A stretch of 64,000 bases of DNA from Pseudomonadota bacterium (GCA_039822005.1 JBCBMZ010000001.1:353939-417938); one strand, 5' to 3'. Counted from the stretch's first letter, positions 9,161 to 19,675 are shown. Numbers and translations: made by a program. Notes: generated by a model from the sequence alone, not told the origin.

Positions 9161-9685
9161 TCACAGACGCTGCAGCACCGCCGGCAAAAGCGCTTCGAAC
9201 TGCGTCAGTAATTCCGAATAGTCATCATCTTTGATCAGGCGGCGGGCTTGCGGCAGGGTGACCCATTGGCGCTCGCGCACATTTTCTTCCAGCCATTTTT
9301 TTGAGGTAGACTTGGCGAGCAATGGGAAAAAGGTGCACGGCACATGCTCGTAGAATGCCTCAAATTGGCGCTCGATCATGACCGTCATCGGAAATTCGGT
9401 CATCAACCGGCCTTTGACGCCGGTTTCCTCCAAGGTTTCGCGCACGGCTGCCTCTTCCATGCTCTCACCGAATTCCAATGTGCCCTTGGGTACAATCCAA
9501 CGTCTGCGGGTCATCGAGGTGATCAACAGGATGGAGACTGGATCACTCTTCTTCTTTGGCCGCCGGAATGGAATGGCACCGGCGCGGTGGATCGTTGCGT
9601 TGATGTTCATAAAGCCAAAACTATCACGGGCAATGAGCGCGACAAGCGCATCATTTAAATGGTTCAGATTTCGCCAACCATCCAT
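9161..9685 (-). CDS. NUDIX hydrolase
   Basis: Nudix box GTLEFGESMEEAAVRETLEETGV. Confidence 0.85.
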   Translation of the reverse strand: MDGWRNLNHLNDALVALIARDSFGFMNINATIHRAGAIPFRRPKKKSDPVSILLITSMTRRRWIVPKGTLEFGESMEEAAVRETLEETGVKGRLMTEFPMTVMIERQFEAFYEHVPCTFFPLLAKSTSKKWLEENVRERQWVTLPQARRLIKDDDYSELLTQFEALLPAVLQRL

Positions 9686-9835
9686 TTACCATCGTTTGAA
9701 AGTGGGGCGATTCACATTTTGGAAACCCTGTTTTTTAAGTGGGTGGCAAGGCGTGTCGCGTAAGTTTGGCCTCACTGATCGAGGGGAACACCTTGACGGT
9801 AAGTGCTGTAAATTTACGAGTAAGGAGCTCAACCA

Positions 9836-9988
9836 ATGTTTGCACGTTTCATCAAAGACGAGTCTGGCGCAACAGCTATCGAATACGGCCTCATCGCTGC
9901 TCTGATCGCTCTGGCGATCATCGTTGGCGCCGGTGCCCTCGGTTCTAACCTGAACGCTAAGTTCGAATCTATCTCTACATCTTTCTAA
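9836..9988 (+). CDS. flp: Flp-family type IVb pilin (50 aa, absent from the ORF track)
   Basis: My translation is MFARFIKDESGATAIEYGLIAALIALAIIVGAGALGSNLNAKFESISTSF. It has the Flp motif G/ATAIEYGLIA plus a hydrophobic helix. SD AGGAG is at 9823-9827. The gene lies directly upstream of the prepilin peptidase. Confidence 0.9.
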   Translation: MFARFIKDESGATAIEYGLIAALIALAIIVGAGALGSNLNAKFESISTSF

Positions 9989-10010
9989 TAGTTGTAGAAT
10001 TACGATTGAG

Positions 10011-10051
10011 CGACCTGCTGCACCCATTGTGCAGCAGGTCGTTTCTATTTT
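10011..10051 (+). terminator. Rho-independent terminator/attenuator after flp
   Basis: Perfect 13-bp stem CGACCTGCTGCAC/GTGCAGCAGGTCG with a 5-nt loop, followed by TTTCTATTTT. Confidence 0.8.
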
Positions 10052-10135
10052 GGTCAGCCGTTTTTACGGGCCGGTGACTTTTTCTTAAATGACCCGCGCT
10101 AGTGTTTAAAAGCTGACAATTCCGGGGTTTTGGTC

Positions 10136-10648
10136 ATGATCGCCACCATCATCTTTATCGTGTTTCCGTTTGCCATGATCTATGCGGCGCTTTCCGATAT
10201 TCTAACGATGACCATTGCGAACCGGATTTCCCTTTTGCTTATTGGCGGCTTTGTATTGGTCGCCCCTTTCATCGGGCTGAGCTGGACAGACTTTGCCTGG
10301 CATTGGGCAGCCTTTGTATTGGTGTTGACCATTACCTTTGGTCTGTTCGCCGCTGGCGTGATGGGCGGTGGCGATGCAAAACTGATGGCTTCCACGTCCC
10401 TTTGGATCGGCTTCAACATGCAGCTGATGGAATATGCAATCGCATTTACCGTGGCCGGAGGCGTTCTAACGCTGATGCTGATTTTGTTGCGCAACTCTGC
10501 ATTGGCAACATATGTCGGCGAAATTCGGGTTCTCTGGCGCATGCTGGATGAGAAAGACATTCCTTACGGCGTCGCGCTTGCCATCGGCGGGCTAACGGTG
10601 TTCCCGGAAACAGCAGCCATGCAGTGGGCAATTTCCCAGACATTGTGA
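10136..10648 (+). CDS. cpaA: Flp prepilin peptidase (A24 family, CpaA/TadV)
   Basis: Polytopic membrane protein with the two Asp-containing motifs (AALSDIL and GGGDAKL). Its position after flp fits. Confidence 0.85.
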   Translation: MIATIIFIVFPFAMIYAALSDILTMTIANRISLLLIGGFVLVAPFIGLSWTDFAWHWAAFVLVLTITFGLFAAGVMGGGDAKLMASTSLWIGFNMQLMEYAIAFTVAGGVLTLMLILLRNSALATYVGEIRVLWRMLDEKDIPYGVALAIGGLTVFPETAAMQWAISQTL

Positions 10649-10769
10649 TCTTCGGGCACGGCAACTTTTTATTTACCCTGTTTGATACCGAAGCGTTAAC
10701 CGTAATTACACCATTGGCGGGCCACTCTAGCGCAACAGCATAAGTTGCTTTGAGTGAGCGGGTGAAGCC

Positions 10770-11588
10770 ATGTCGACGCGTATGATTATCTTAGGTGTTG
10801 CCGTTTTGGCAGCGGGAGGTGCCGGATATTTGGCCATGAACATGGTCAATCAGCCAGCGCCAGACCCCGTAGAAGTGCAGGCTGATGCGCCGCCACCGAT
10901 CTCGCTCGATCAGGTTCTTGTCGCCGACCAATCAATGTCAGTCGGTGATCGCGTGGAGCGCAATCTGCGCTGGCAGGATTGGCCGACAAAAAGTCTCGCC
11001 CCGGATTTTATCACCAAATCAGCACGCCCTGATGCGCTCGAAGAACTGGCCACTCGTATCGTTCGTTCACCCGTTGTTGAAGGCGAACCCATTCGCCCGA
11101 TCAAGCTTTTGGGCGCAGATCAGAGTTTTATGTCTTCTATCCTGCCGTCAGGCAAACGGGCGGTAGCCACGCAAATCGCAGCGGACACATCGGCCGGCGG
11201 GTTTATTTTGCCCAACGATTATGTGGACGTGATCATGACACGGCGCGGTCAAGGCAATGTTGAGACTTTTGTCACCGAAACCATAATGGAAAATATTCGT
11301 GTTCTGGCCATCGACCAGACCGTGCGTGAAGCCGAAGACGGTTCGCTTGTAATCGTCGGTCAGACAGCCACATTGGAATTGTCGCCACGCCAAGCCGAGA
11401 TCATCGTCGTTGCACAGCAAATGTCCGACCGCCTGACCTTGGCGCTGCGTTCGGTGCAGGATGTTGATTCAGCACAAATCGACGAATCTGCATCGCACTT
11501 GCTGTCCGACGATGGAACCGGAGGGCAACGCGGCTCTGTGAACGTGATCCGCGGCGGCAATCTTGCAGTGGAACAGGGAGGCGACTGA
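10770..11588 (+). CDS. cpaB: Flp pilus assembly protein CpaB/RcpC
   Basis: N-terminal TM anchor and SAF/RcpC-like domains. Locus synteny supports the call. Confidence 0.85.
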   Translation: MSTRMIILGVAVLAAGGAGYLAMNMVNQPAPDPVEVQADAPPPISLDQVLVADQSMSVGDRVERNLRWQDWPTKSLAPDFITKSARPDALEELATRIVRSPVVEGEPIRPIKLLGADQSFMSSILPSGKRAVATQIAADTSAGGFILPNDYVDVIMTRRGQGNVETFVTETIMENIRVLAIDQTVREAEDGSLVIVGQTATLELSPRQAEIIVVAQQMSDRLTLALRSVQDVDSAQIDESASHLLSDDGTGGQRGSVNVIRGGNLAVEQGGD

Positions 11589-13120
11589 TGACTGAGCATA
11601 ACACCTGTTTTTTAGCCCGTAAGCGGAGCGCCAAAGTGATAAATTCAGCAGCAAAAAAGATATCCAAAGCAGCCACTGCGGCCATTGTTGCCACCGGCCT
11701 CCTTGCCGCGGGTGTTGCACTGCCAAGCACATATGGCGAGGCTTTGGCGTCCAACATAATCCAAGTTGGGAAAAATGGTGGGCGCTCAGAATCGGTTGTG
11801 CTGGGTCTCGACAAGTCAATCGTGCTGGAACTTCCGGCAGATGCGCATGACATCCTTGTTGCCAATCCAGGTGTCGCAGACGCGGTTTCCCGCACCGCAC
11901 GTCGTATTTACCTCTTCGGCAAGTCTGTCGGTGCGACCAATATTTTTGTTTTCGACAAAGCGGGCAGGCAGATTGTTAATCTTGACCTGCAGGTTGAACG
12001 CGATGTCGCTGGGCTGGATCGGTATCTGGAGCGCTTCATTCCGCGCTCAAACATCAAGACCGAGATCATCAACGACAACATCATTCTGACCGGTACGGTC
12101 GAAACACCGCAGGATTCTGCCAAGGCACAGCAATTGGCGGAGATTTTCGTCACCGGTGGTGAACGCGCCGACAATGGCGGCGGCGGCTTCAGCTTCTTCA
12201 ATATTGGTGGCGGCAGCAGCCAAATCGTCAATTTGTTGGAAATCAGTGGCGGCGACCAAGTTCATTTGAAAGTAACAGTTGCCGAGATTCAGCGCTCTGT
12301 TCTCAAGCAATTGGGTGTGAACGTGCTGGGCAGCCGCACCGGCGGCAATGGCATCACCTTTTCAGGCGTTGGTAACTCCCTCGTCGAAGCCACAAACCCG
12401 CCAACATCAACTGGATTTAATATCGGTGGCATGATCGGCGGCCTCCAACTCGACGCCTACTTGCGTGCGATGGAGGAAGCCGGCGTGATGAAAGCGCTCG
12501 CGACACCAACCCTGACAGCCGTTTCCGGTGAAGCGGCTGAATTCCGCGTCGGCGGTAGCGTCAACGTTGCTGCAGGCGTCGCCGAAGATGGTTCGCAAAA
12601 CATCGATACCATTGAATATGGTGTTGGGTTGAACTTCACCCCCGTGGTCCTGTCACCAGGACGCATCTCCCTGCAGATCCGAACCGAAGTTTCAGAGCCT
12701 GTTGCAAACACAACCGGTGGCCTCACTGCCGCTGAAGGTGGTTTGACACTGCGTGAGCGCATCGCTGACACGACCATTGAACTCCCATCCGGCGGCTCGA
12801 TGGTTATCGCGGGATTGATCCAGGATGATGTTCGCCAAACAGTAACAGGTTTTCCGGTTCTCAAAGACTTGCCGGTTCTCGGAACATTGTTCCGCAGCCG
12901 CGAATACACGCGCTCTGAGACAGAGTTGGTGATTATGGTGACGCCTTACCTCGTGCGTCCTGTGCCGGAGTCCGCCATTTCTCTCCCGACAGACAATTTC
13001 AATCCGGCCAGTGACCGTGCTGGCAACCTGTTGGGCCGGGTGAACCGCATTTACGGAAACGTCAGCAATGATTTGCCCAATGGGCGCTATCACGGCGCTG
13101 TTGGCTTCATCTACAAGTAA
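11588..13120 (+). CDS. cpaC: Tad secretin CpaC/RcpA
   Basis: BON-like N-terminal region and a C-terminal secretin domain (VPVLGDLPVLGxLFRS-like: FPVLKDLPVLGTLFRSREY). The start overlaps the cpaB stop (TGATG). Confidence 0.9.
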   Translation: MTEHNTCFLARKRSAKVINSAAKKISKAATAAIVATGLLAAGVALPSTYGEALASNIIQVGKNGGRSESVVLGLDKSIVLELPADAHDILVANPGVADAVSRTARRIYLFGKSVGATNIFVFDKAGRQIVNLDLQVERDVAGLDRYLERFIPRSNIKTEIINDNIILTGTVETPQDSAKAQQLAEIFVTGGERADNGGGGFSFFNIGGGSSQIVNLLEISGGDQVHLKVTVAEIQRSVLKQLGVNVLGSRTGGNGITFSGVGNSLVEATNPPTSTGFNIGGMIGGLQLDAYLRAMEEAGVMKALATPTLTAVSGEAAEFRVGGSVNVAAGVAEDGSQNIDTIEYGVGLNFTPVVLSPGRISLQIRTEVSEPVANTTGGLTAAEGGLTLRERIADTTIELPSGGSMVIAGLIQDDVRQTVTGFPVLKDLPVLGTLFRSREYTRSETELVIMVTPYLVRPVPESAISLPTDNFNPASDRAGNLLGRVNRIYGNVSNDLPNGRYHGAVGFIYK

Positions 13121-13134
13121 CCGGAGTAAGACTG

Positions 13135-13785
13135 ATGACGCCGCAAAAGATTTTCAAGATCGCCATGGTGGCCACATTGGCCGGCGCTACCGCAGGTTGC
13201 ATGTCGCAAAAGCGTGACTCCTTTACCGTGGGCAGTATCCCCGAGGATTATCGCACGAACCATCCCATAGTGCTTACCGAAGGTGAGAAGACTTTTGATG
13301 TCCCCGTTTCAGCAAGTTCGCACAAGCTGACGGATCCGGTAAAATCCAACATTCGTGGCTTTGCTGCTGCCTTCAAGCAATCATCGTCCGGCATGATGTA
13401 TATGTTGCTGCCGTCGAACTCAGCCAATTCGGGTGCTGCTGCTTCGGCCCGCCGCCATGTGCTGGAATCTTTGGAAGCTGGCGGCGTGCCCAGACACAAG
13501 GTTCTGATCCAAAATTATGATGCTTCCGGCCATGGGCCAACCGCACCCATTCGATTGGCATACAAACATGTAACAGCATCGACCAACGAATGCGGACGTT
13601 GGCCTGACGATCTGACAGCAACGGCTGAAAATCAGCACTTCCACAATTTTGGCTGCGCTTCGCAGTCCAATCTGGCGGCAGCCATAGAGAACCCGACCGA
13701 CCTGATGGCGCCGCGAGCATCGACACCAATCGACGCTGCGCGCCGCAGTAAAGTCTATGAAGATTATGTCGGCGGTGCCGAGTGA
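13135..13785 (+). CDS. cpaD: Pilus assembly lipoprotein CpaD
   Basis: Lipobox LAGATAGC. Size and position match CpaD of the Caulobacter and rhizobial Tad loci. Confidence 0.75.
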   Translation: MTPQKIFKIAMVATLAGATAGCMSQKRDSFTVGSIPEDYRTNHPIVLTEGEKTFDVPVSASSHKLTDPVKSNIRGFAAAFKQSSSGMMYMLLPSNSANSGAAASARRHVLESLEAGGVPRHKVLIQNYDASGHGPTAPIRLAYKHVTASTNECGRWPDDLTATAENQHFHNFGCASQSNLAAAIENPTDLMAPRASTPIDAARRSKVYEDYVGGAE

Positions 13786-13824
13786 TGAAGGCGCAGCACT
13801 AACGTAGGGCCATTGGATTAAAAC

Positions 13825-15102
13825 ATGTCAAACGCAGCCTTGGAACCAGAACACATCGCCGAAAACCTTGCCGATCAGGTCGATCCGCACAAACTTGCAG
13901 AAGTTAGACCGATTCCGCGTATTTCGATACAGGCCTTCTGCGAGACGCAGTCGGTCATGTCGCCGGTCGAGAAGATGACGACCGACCGCCGCATGTCAAA
14001 TGCACAGGTTCGCACGCATATGGGTGGTCTGATCGCGGCGATTGATTACTATCAAACGTCGCCGACGCCAAACTTGATCATCGTGGAATCCACGCTGCGG
14101 CCGGATGAGCTTATTGCGACATTGGTTGGCCTTGCTGAAGTGTGTGATCCAAGCAGCCGTGTTGTCGTGGTTGGCCACTATAATGATGTGGGGCTTTACC
14201 GCGAACTGACACGGTCAGGTGTTTCTGAATATCTTGTGGCACCGGTTTCGATCGCCGACATCATGACTGTGATTTCAACCCAGTTTGTTAATCCCGACGC
14301 CGAACCGCTTGGGCGGACAATTGGTTTCGTCGGCGCCAAGGGCGGTGTCGGTTCATCAACCATCGCACACAATGTCGCCTGGTCCATCTCTTCGCTGTTT
14401 GAGAGCGAAACTGTCGTTGCGGACATGGATCTTCCTTTCGGCACCGCCAACATCAATTTTGATCAAGACCCCGCACAGGGGATGGCAGAAGCGGTATTTT
14501 CGCCCGAGCGCGTGGATGAGGTTTTCGTCGACCGTCTATTGGCTCAATGCGCCGAGCACCTGTCCCTGTTGGCAGCACCTTCCATGCTCGATAGAACCTA
14601 CGATTTTGACGAAGCCGCATTTACCAGCCTGATTGAGGCCACGCAGCGTACAGCGCCCAACGTTGTGCTCGATATTCCCCATGTGTGGAATGCGTGGACT
14701 GAAAGAACGCTGGCGCAAATCGACGAGGTTGTGATCGTGGCCGCGCCTGAATTGGCAAATCTGCGCAACGCCAAAAACATGATTGATACGCTCAAGCGCC
14801 TGCGCCCCAACGATTTTGCGCCACGCCTTGTGATCAATATGGTGGGCATGCCCAAACGCCCGGAGATATCGCCAGCAGATTTCTCCGAACCCCTTGAACT
14901 CGATCCGACCGCCATCGTTCCTTTTGACGCGGCTCTGTTCGGCAATGCGGCTAATTCGGGACGCATGATTTCTGAGACCGAGGCCACAAGCCCTGTCGTT
15001 TCAATGCTGTCTGATATCGCTCACGCCGTAACGGGTAGAGGCATTGTGGCCAGTAAACCAAAGTCCGGGCTTAAAGGAATTCTAGCCCGCCTGAAAAAGT
15101 AA
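13825..15102 (+). CDS. cpaE: CpaE/TadZ ParA-MinD-like ATPase with a receiver-like N-terminal domain
   Basis: Deviant Walker A GAKGGVGSSTIAHN. Locus synteny supports the call. Confidence 0.85.
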   Translation: MSNAALEPEHIAENLADQVDPHKLAEVRPIPRISIQAFCETQSVMSPVEKMTTDRRMSNAQVRTHMGGLIAAIDYYQTSPTPNLIIVESTLRPDELIATLVGLAEVCDPSSRVVVVGHYNDVGLYRELTRSGVSEYLVAPVSIADIMTVISTQFVNPDAEPLGRTIGFVGAKGGVGSSTIAHNVAWSISSLFESETVVADMDLPFGTANINFDQDPAQGMAEAVFSPERVDEVFVDRLLAQCAEHLSLLAAPSMLDRTYDFDEAAFTSLIEATQRTAPNVVLDIPHVWNAWTERTLAQIDEVVIVAAPELANLRNAKNMIDTLKRLRPNDFAPRLVINMVGMPKRPEISPADFSEPLELDPTAIVPFDAALFGNAANSGRMISETEATSPVVSMLSDIAHAVTGRGIVASKPKSGLKGILARLKK

Positions 15103-15126
15103 GCATATCGGGATTGGTGAAGAACA

Positions 15127-16632
15127 ATGTTTGGAAAGCGCGGTAGTGGATCATCTTCGGGAAACCAGGGCTTTAGCTCCCGGCCGTTAGCGGAAAGCCC
15201 CGCTCCGGCACCGGCACCCGCAGCTACGGAGCCCGCGGTGCCTGCCGCACCCGCACCAGCGGCTGAACCCGCACCGGTGGAAACAAAGCCGGCACCCGAG
15301 CCGATGCCGCAGCCGCCCGCAGAAGAGCCGGCCCGCGCAAAAACAAAACGTGACGAGAGCTACTACGACACGAAAACCCAAGTCTTTTCCGCGCTTATCG
15401 AAACCATCGATCTCTCGCAATTATCGAAGCTGGACGCTGAATCGGCGCGTGAAGAAATCCGCGACATCGTTAACGACATTATCGCGATCAAGAACTACGC
15501 CATGTCTATTGCAGCTCAGGAAGAGCTGCTGGAAGACATTTGTAACGACGTCCTCGGCTACGGCCCGCTTGAACCGTTGCTGGCACGCGATGACATCGCG
15601 GACATCATGATCAATGGACCGGAACACGCCTATATCGAGGTCGAGGGCAAGGTACAACGCGCCGATATTCGTTTCCGAGACAGCCAGCAACTGCTGTCGA
15701 TCTGTCAGCGTATTGTGAGCCAGGTAGGTCGCCGTGTGGATGAAGCGAGCCCCATCTGTGACGCCCGCCTTGCTGACGGTTCTCGTGTGAACGTCATTGC
15801 GCCGCCACTTTCCATTGACGGCACTGCGCTCACCATTCGTAAATTTAAAAAAGACAAGCTCACTCTTGATCAGCTTGTCAACTTCGGATCCATATCGCCG
15901 GAAGGCGCGACACTTCTCCAGATCATCGGGCGTGTTCGCTGTAACGTGGTTATTTCGGGCGGTACTGGTTCGGGTAAAACGACACTGCTCAACTGTCTGA
16001 CGCGCTACATTGACGAGGACGAGCGCATCATCACCTGCGAAGACTCCGCCGAACTTCAATTGCAGCAGCCACACGTCGTACGTCTTGAAACCCGCCCGCC
16101 AAATCTGGAAGGCGAAGGCACAATCACCATGCGCGACCTCGTGAAAAACTGCCTGCGTATGCGTCCGGAACGGATTATCGTTGGCGAGGTGCGCGGCTCG
16201 GAAGTGTTTGACTTGCTGCAGGCCATGAACACTGGCCACGATGGCTCCATGGGCACGATCCACGCCAACTCGCCGCGTGAGTGCCTGAGCCGGATGGAAT
16301 CCATGATCGCGATGGGTGGATTTAGTCTGCCGCAAAAAACCGTGCGCGAAATCATTGTCGGCTCAGTCGATGTCATCGTCCAGGCGACACGCCTGCGGGA
16401 CGGCTCGCGCCGCATCACCCACATCACCGAGGTCGTGGGTATGGAAGGCGACGTCATCATCACGCAAGACTTGGTCCTTTACGACATGACCGGTGAGGAC
16501 TCACAAGGCAACATCATCGGCAAACATCGCTCAACCGGCGTTGGCCGCCCGGCGATGTGGGATCGCGCGCGCTACTATAATGAGGAGCAGCGGCTGGCGA
16601 CGGCGCTTGACTCCATGGAGGTCGTCGAATGA
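15127..16632 (+). CDS. cpaF: CpaF/TadA secretion ATPase
   Basis: Walker [13 protein letters not shown] plus Asp/His boxes of the VirB11/GspE superfamily. It has an unusual Pro/Ala-rich N-terminal extension. Confidence 0.92.
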   Translation: MFGKRGSGSSSGNQGFSSRPLAESPAPAPAPAATEPAVPAAPAPAAEPAPVETKPAPEPMPQPPAEEPARAKTKRDESYYDTKTQVFSALIETIDLSQLSKLDAESAREEIRDIVNDIIAIKNYAMSIAAQEELLEDICNDVLGYGPLEPLLARDDIADIMINGPEHAYIEVEGKVQRADIRFRDSQQLLSICQRIVSQVGRRVDEASPICDARLADGSRVNVIAPPLSIDGTALTIRKFKKDKLTLDQLVNFGSISPEGATLLQIIGRVRCNVVISGGTGSGKTTLLNCLTRYIDEDERIITCEDSAELQLQQPHVVRLETRPPNLEGEGTITMRDLVKNCLRMRPERIIVGEVRGSEVFDLLQAMNTGHDGSMGTIHANSPRECLSRMESMIAMGGFSLPQKTVREIIVGSVDVIVQATRLRDGSRRITHITEVVGMEGDVIITQDLVLYDMTGEDSQGNIIGKHRSTGVGRPAMWDRARYYNEEQRLATALDSMEVVE

Positions 16633-17648
16633 CCATTATGGGCTTTCCGGCGGCCGCACTTGCGATTTTCTTGCTCGCGCTCTTGGGGATCGGGGGCGTT
16701 CTTTATGCTCTGTTCTACAATGCGATCGAAAATGAACAGTCGCAAACACGTCGCCTTTCAAAGATCAAAGCTGCTCAAACCGACAGCCGCTCCAAGCGTG
16801 CGGCATTTGACAAAGCCGCTGAAGGTCAAAAACGCCGCAAGGCAATCGCAGAATCGCTTTCCGACCTTGATGAAAAGAACAAGGATCGCCAGTCCAAAAT
16901 ACAAAAACCGAACCTGAAACTTCAAATTCAACAGGCCGGTCTGAAACTGGAGATGCAGACTTTCTACATTTATTCTGCCATCTGCGGCGTCGTGTTCGCG
17001 GTGCTCGGGCTTTTCATGGGTGCACCGCTCTACATCATTCCTGGTATTTTCTTTGCAGCAGCGCTTGGTGTCCCACGCTGGTTGATCGGCATGATCCGTG
17101 CGCGCCGGATGACGAAATTTCTTGATGAGTTTCCAAATTCAATCGACATCATTGTACGCGCGATCAAGTCAGGCCTGCCGCTCAACGACGGATTGCGCCT
17201 GATCGCCACCGAAGCCAAAGAGCCGGTGCGCTCGGAGTTTCGCCGTATCGTCGAGGGGCAGCAGCTTGGCTTGTCAACGTCGGACTCGGTCGCGCGCATG
17301 TATGAGAGTATGCCGCTGTCCGAGGCCAATTTTTTTGCGATCGTGATTCAAATTCAGGCGCAAGCTGGTGGTAACCTGTCAGAGGCGCTGGGTAACTTGT
17401 CCAAGGTTTTGCGCGCGCGAAAAACGATGAAGGCCAAAGTGGCTGCCATGTCGATGGAAGCCAAAGCTTCAGCTGCTATCATTGGCTCGCTGCCGATTAT
17501 CGTGACGGTGCTCGTTTACCTGTCGAGCCCGGACTACATCATGCTGCTGTTTACCACTGATACTGGCCTGTTGATTCTCGGTGTCTCGGCCGTTTGGATG
17601 GGAATCGGCATTTTCGTCATGCGCCAAATGATCAACTTTGAGGTGTAG
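16629..17648 (+). CDS. tadB: Tad platform protein TadB (T2SS F family)
   Basis: Polytopic protein with a GspF-like domain. There is a 4-nt overlap with cpaF. Confidence 0.85.
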   Translation: MTIMGFPAAALAIFLLALLGIGGVLYALFYNAIENEQSQTRRLSKIKAAQTDSRSKRAAFDKAAEGQKRRKAIAESLSDLDEKNKDRQSKIQKPNLKLQIQQAGLKLEMQTFYIYSAICGVVFAVLGLFMGAPLYIIPGIFFAAALGVPRWLIGMIRARRMTKFLDEFPNSIDIIVRAIKSGLPLNDGLRLIATEAKEPVRSEFRRIVEGQQLGLSTSDSVARMYESMPLSEANFFAIVIQIQAQAGGNLSEALGNLSKVLRARKTMKAKVAAMSMEAKASAAIIGSLPIIVTVLVYLSSPDYIMLLFTTDTGLLILGVSAVWMGIGIFVMRQMINFEV

Positions 17649-17653
17649 CGCGA

Positions 17654-18655
17654 ATGGTTTCCGCAATCGTTGAAATGCTCACCACGCCGCAGTTTCTTTT
17701 TGCGGTTCTCACCGCGATTAGCGTGTTCGCGACAGTCTTTACGCTGCTGGCTCCCATGCTGGGTGGCAACGAGTTGAAAACACGCATGAAAAGCGTTGCA
17801 ATTGAGCGCGATGAAATCCGTGCCAAGGAACGCGCCCGATTGGCGTCTGAAAAACAAAGTGCGCGCGGTGCGCTGCGTATGGACAAGGCAGAGAAAAACG
17901 GCATCACCGGTATCGTTGATCGTCTTGATTTGAAAAAAGCGCTTGCGGACGATGCGACCGTGGCAAAGCTGCGGTCTGCCGGGTTTCGTGGTCAGCAACC
18001 GCTCAACCTGTTTCTCTTTGCCCGTTTTGTTCTGCCTTTTGTTTTCTTCGGTTTGGGCGCGCTTTATGTTTACGGTCTTGGCAATTTCAAAGACCAAACG
18101 CCGATGGCCCGTTTTGCGATTTGTTTGATGGTGGCCTATGCTGGCTTCTATGCACCCAACCTTTATGTAGGCAATCTGGCCAACAAAAGAAAACACTCGA
18201 TCAAGAAGGCTTGGCCGGACGGGCTCGACCTTTTGTTGATTTGTGTTGAATCCGGCATGTCCATCGAAGCGGCCTTCCGCAAAGTTGCAGCTGAAATCGG
18301 CATAAACTCGATCCCGTTGGCTGAGGAACTTGTGCTCGTCGGCGCGGAACTTTCTTACTTGTCAGAACGCCGGCAAGCCTATGATAATCTGGCACAACGC
18401 ACCGGGCTTGAAACCGTTCAAGCGGTCTCGCAAGCGCTTATCCAGGCCGAACGTTACGGCACGCCTGTCGGTCATGCCTTGCGCGTCCTGGCTAATGAAA
18501 GCCGTGATCAGCGCATGAACGAGGCGGAGAAAAAAGCCGCAGCGCTGCCACCGAAGCTAACGGTTCCGATGATCCTTTTCTTCCTGCCGGTTCTTTTCGG
18601 TGTGATCTTGGGCCCAGCTGGTATTCAGATCGCCGAGCGTGGTGGTATCTTCTAA
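17654..18655 (+). CDS. tadC: Tad platform protein TadC (T2SS F family)
   Basis: Paralog of the preceding gene. Locus synteny supports the call. Confidence 0.85.
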   Translation: MVSAIVEMLTTPQFLFAVLTAISVFATVFTLLAPMLGGNELKTRMKSVAIERDEIRAKERARLASEKQSARGALRMDKAEKNGITGIVDRLDLKKALADDATVAKLRSAGFRGQQPLNLFLFARFVLPFVFFGLGALYVYGLGNFKDQTPMARFAICLMVAYAGFYAPNLYVGNLANKRKHSIKKAWPDGLDLLLICVESGMSIEAAFRKVAAEIGINSIPLAEELVLVGAELSYLSERRQAYDNLAQRTGLETVQAVSQALIQAERYGTPVGHALRVLANESRDQRMNEAEKKAAALPPKLTVPMILFFLPVLFGVILGPAGIQIAERGGIF

Positions 18656-18680
18656 AAGAACAGTGGCGCCGCCCGGCAAA

Positions 18681-18712
18681 CTGAAAAGGCCCGCGTGAAT
18701 ATCAAGCGGGCC
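18681..18712 (-). terminator. Hairpin terminator between the convergent tadC and TPR genes
   Basis: Stem GGCCCGC/GCGGGCC (7 bp) with an 11-nt loop. On the minus strand it is followed by TTTTCAGTTT. Confidence 0.55.
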
Positions 18713-18752
18713 TGATCGTTGGGTGTGTTTGCTGGCTAAAACGTGGCTTGGC

Positions 18753-19574
18753 TTAGTTGTCGGAAGTGCCGGATCGATCTTCCTGCTTGATAAGAGCCCA
18801 AGCATTTTCTTGAGACAGCATATTCTCAAGATATTGCATGTTTTCGGCCGCTTGCTGCGGGGAAAGTTCGCGCATGGCAATGCTCTTGGCTTCCTCGAAG
18901 CGACCTTGAAGTCCCACAACAAGAGCAAGGTTTTGACGAACGCGACTGTCCGCACCCCGTTGTTGAACGGCCGTTCGCAGATGGCGTTCAGCTTCAGGCA
19001 AATTGCCTTCAAGGATGAGGCTCATCGCCAAATTGGAAAGGACCGAAGGTTCGTTTGGACGCAGTTGCAATGCTTTGCGATAGCGTTCGCGCGCCTGTTG
19101 TGGACGCCCCGTCTGGTCATAAATGGCACCTTCTGCCGACAGCAAACGCCAGTCAGGGCTGGTTGGATCTTGCGCGCGCTGAATGGCATCCAAGGCTGAA
19201 GTAAACTCCCCGGCACCTGCAAGGGCCTTGCCATATGCGGCAAGGACAGTGCGATCCTCAGGATGGGTGATTGCCGCTTTGCGCATGACTGCAAGAGCCT
19301 GCTCATCACGCCCGTTCATACGAAGGACCGATGCAAACGCCATCGCAGTACTCTTGTCGTTGGGGTTGCGGTCATAAAGGCGCTGGTAGGAGCCTAGTGC
19401 CTGTTGCAGTTCCAGCGCTGTCATCTGCTCGACCGGCTTGGAGCCCGGGCGGATAGAACCGGTTGTGGTGGGATCTTTCGCGCAAGCCGATAGGGTGACA
19501 GCACTAACGGCAAGCATCATCAGCAAGTTGCGTGATTGAAGCACGGGCCTGTTCATTCTTTTCGCCATATGCAT
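18753..19574 (-). CDS. TPR-repeat lipoprotein, TadD/CpaI-like
   Basis: Lipobox VTLSAC and several TPR units. It is adjacent to the Tad locus. The start could be one of the internal Met codons a few residues downstream. Confidence 0.7.
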   Translation of the reverse strand: MHMAKRMNRPVLQSRNLLMMLAVSAVTLSACAKDPTTTGSIRPGSKPVEQMTALELQQALGSYQRLYDRNPNDKSTAMAFASVLRMNGRDEQALAVMRKAAITHPEDRTVLAAYGKALAGAGEFTSALDAIQRAQDPTSPDWRLLSAEGAIYDQTGRPQQARERYRKALQLRPNEPSVLSNLAMSLILEGNLPEAERHLRTAVQQRGADSRVRQNLALVVGLQGRFEEAKSIAMRELSPQQAAENMQYLENMLSQENAWALIKQEDRSGTSDN

Positions 19575-19675
19575 TCCCTATCCTGGTCTCGACAAGCGGG
19601 CGACAAAGCGCGAGAACGGAGCGTTAATGTCGGTTAATATTCAGTAATCAATCATCCCTAACGCGGAGTTAACGA

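Noticed and set aside
8313-9164. 283-aa minus-strand ORF overlapping the lipoprotein gene.
   Set aside because: It has no recognisable motifs and an Arg/Cys-rich composition typical of an antisense frame. The plus-strand ORF has a lipobox and a good SD.
10696-10710. CtrA-like site TTAA-N7-TACA between cpaA and cpaB, and TTAA-N6-TTAA near 19643-19656 upstream of the TPR and M17 genes.
   Set aside because: The second half-site or the spacing deviates from TTAA-N7-TTAAC. These matches are too weak to call.
15421-16335. 304-aa minus-strand ORF.
   Set aside because: It is antisense to cpaF and has no motifs.
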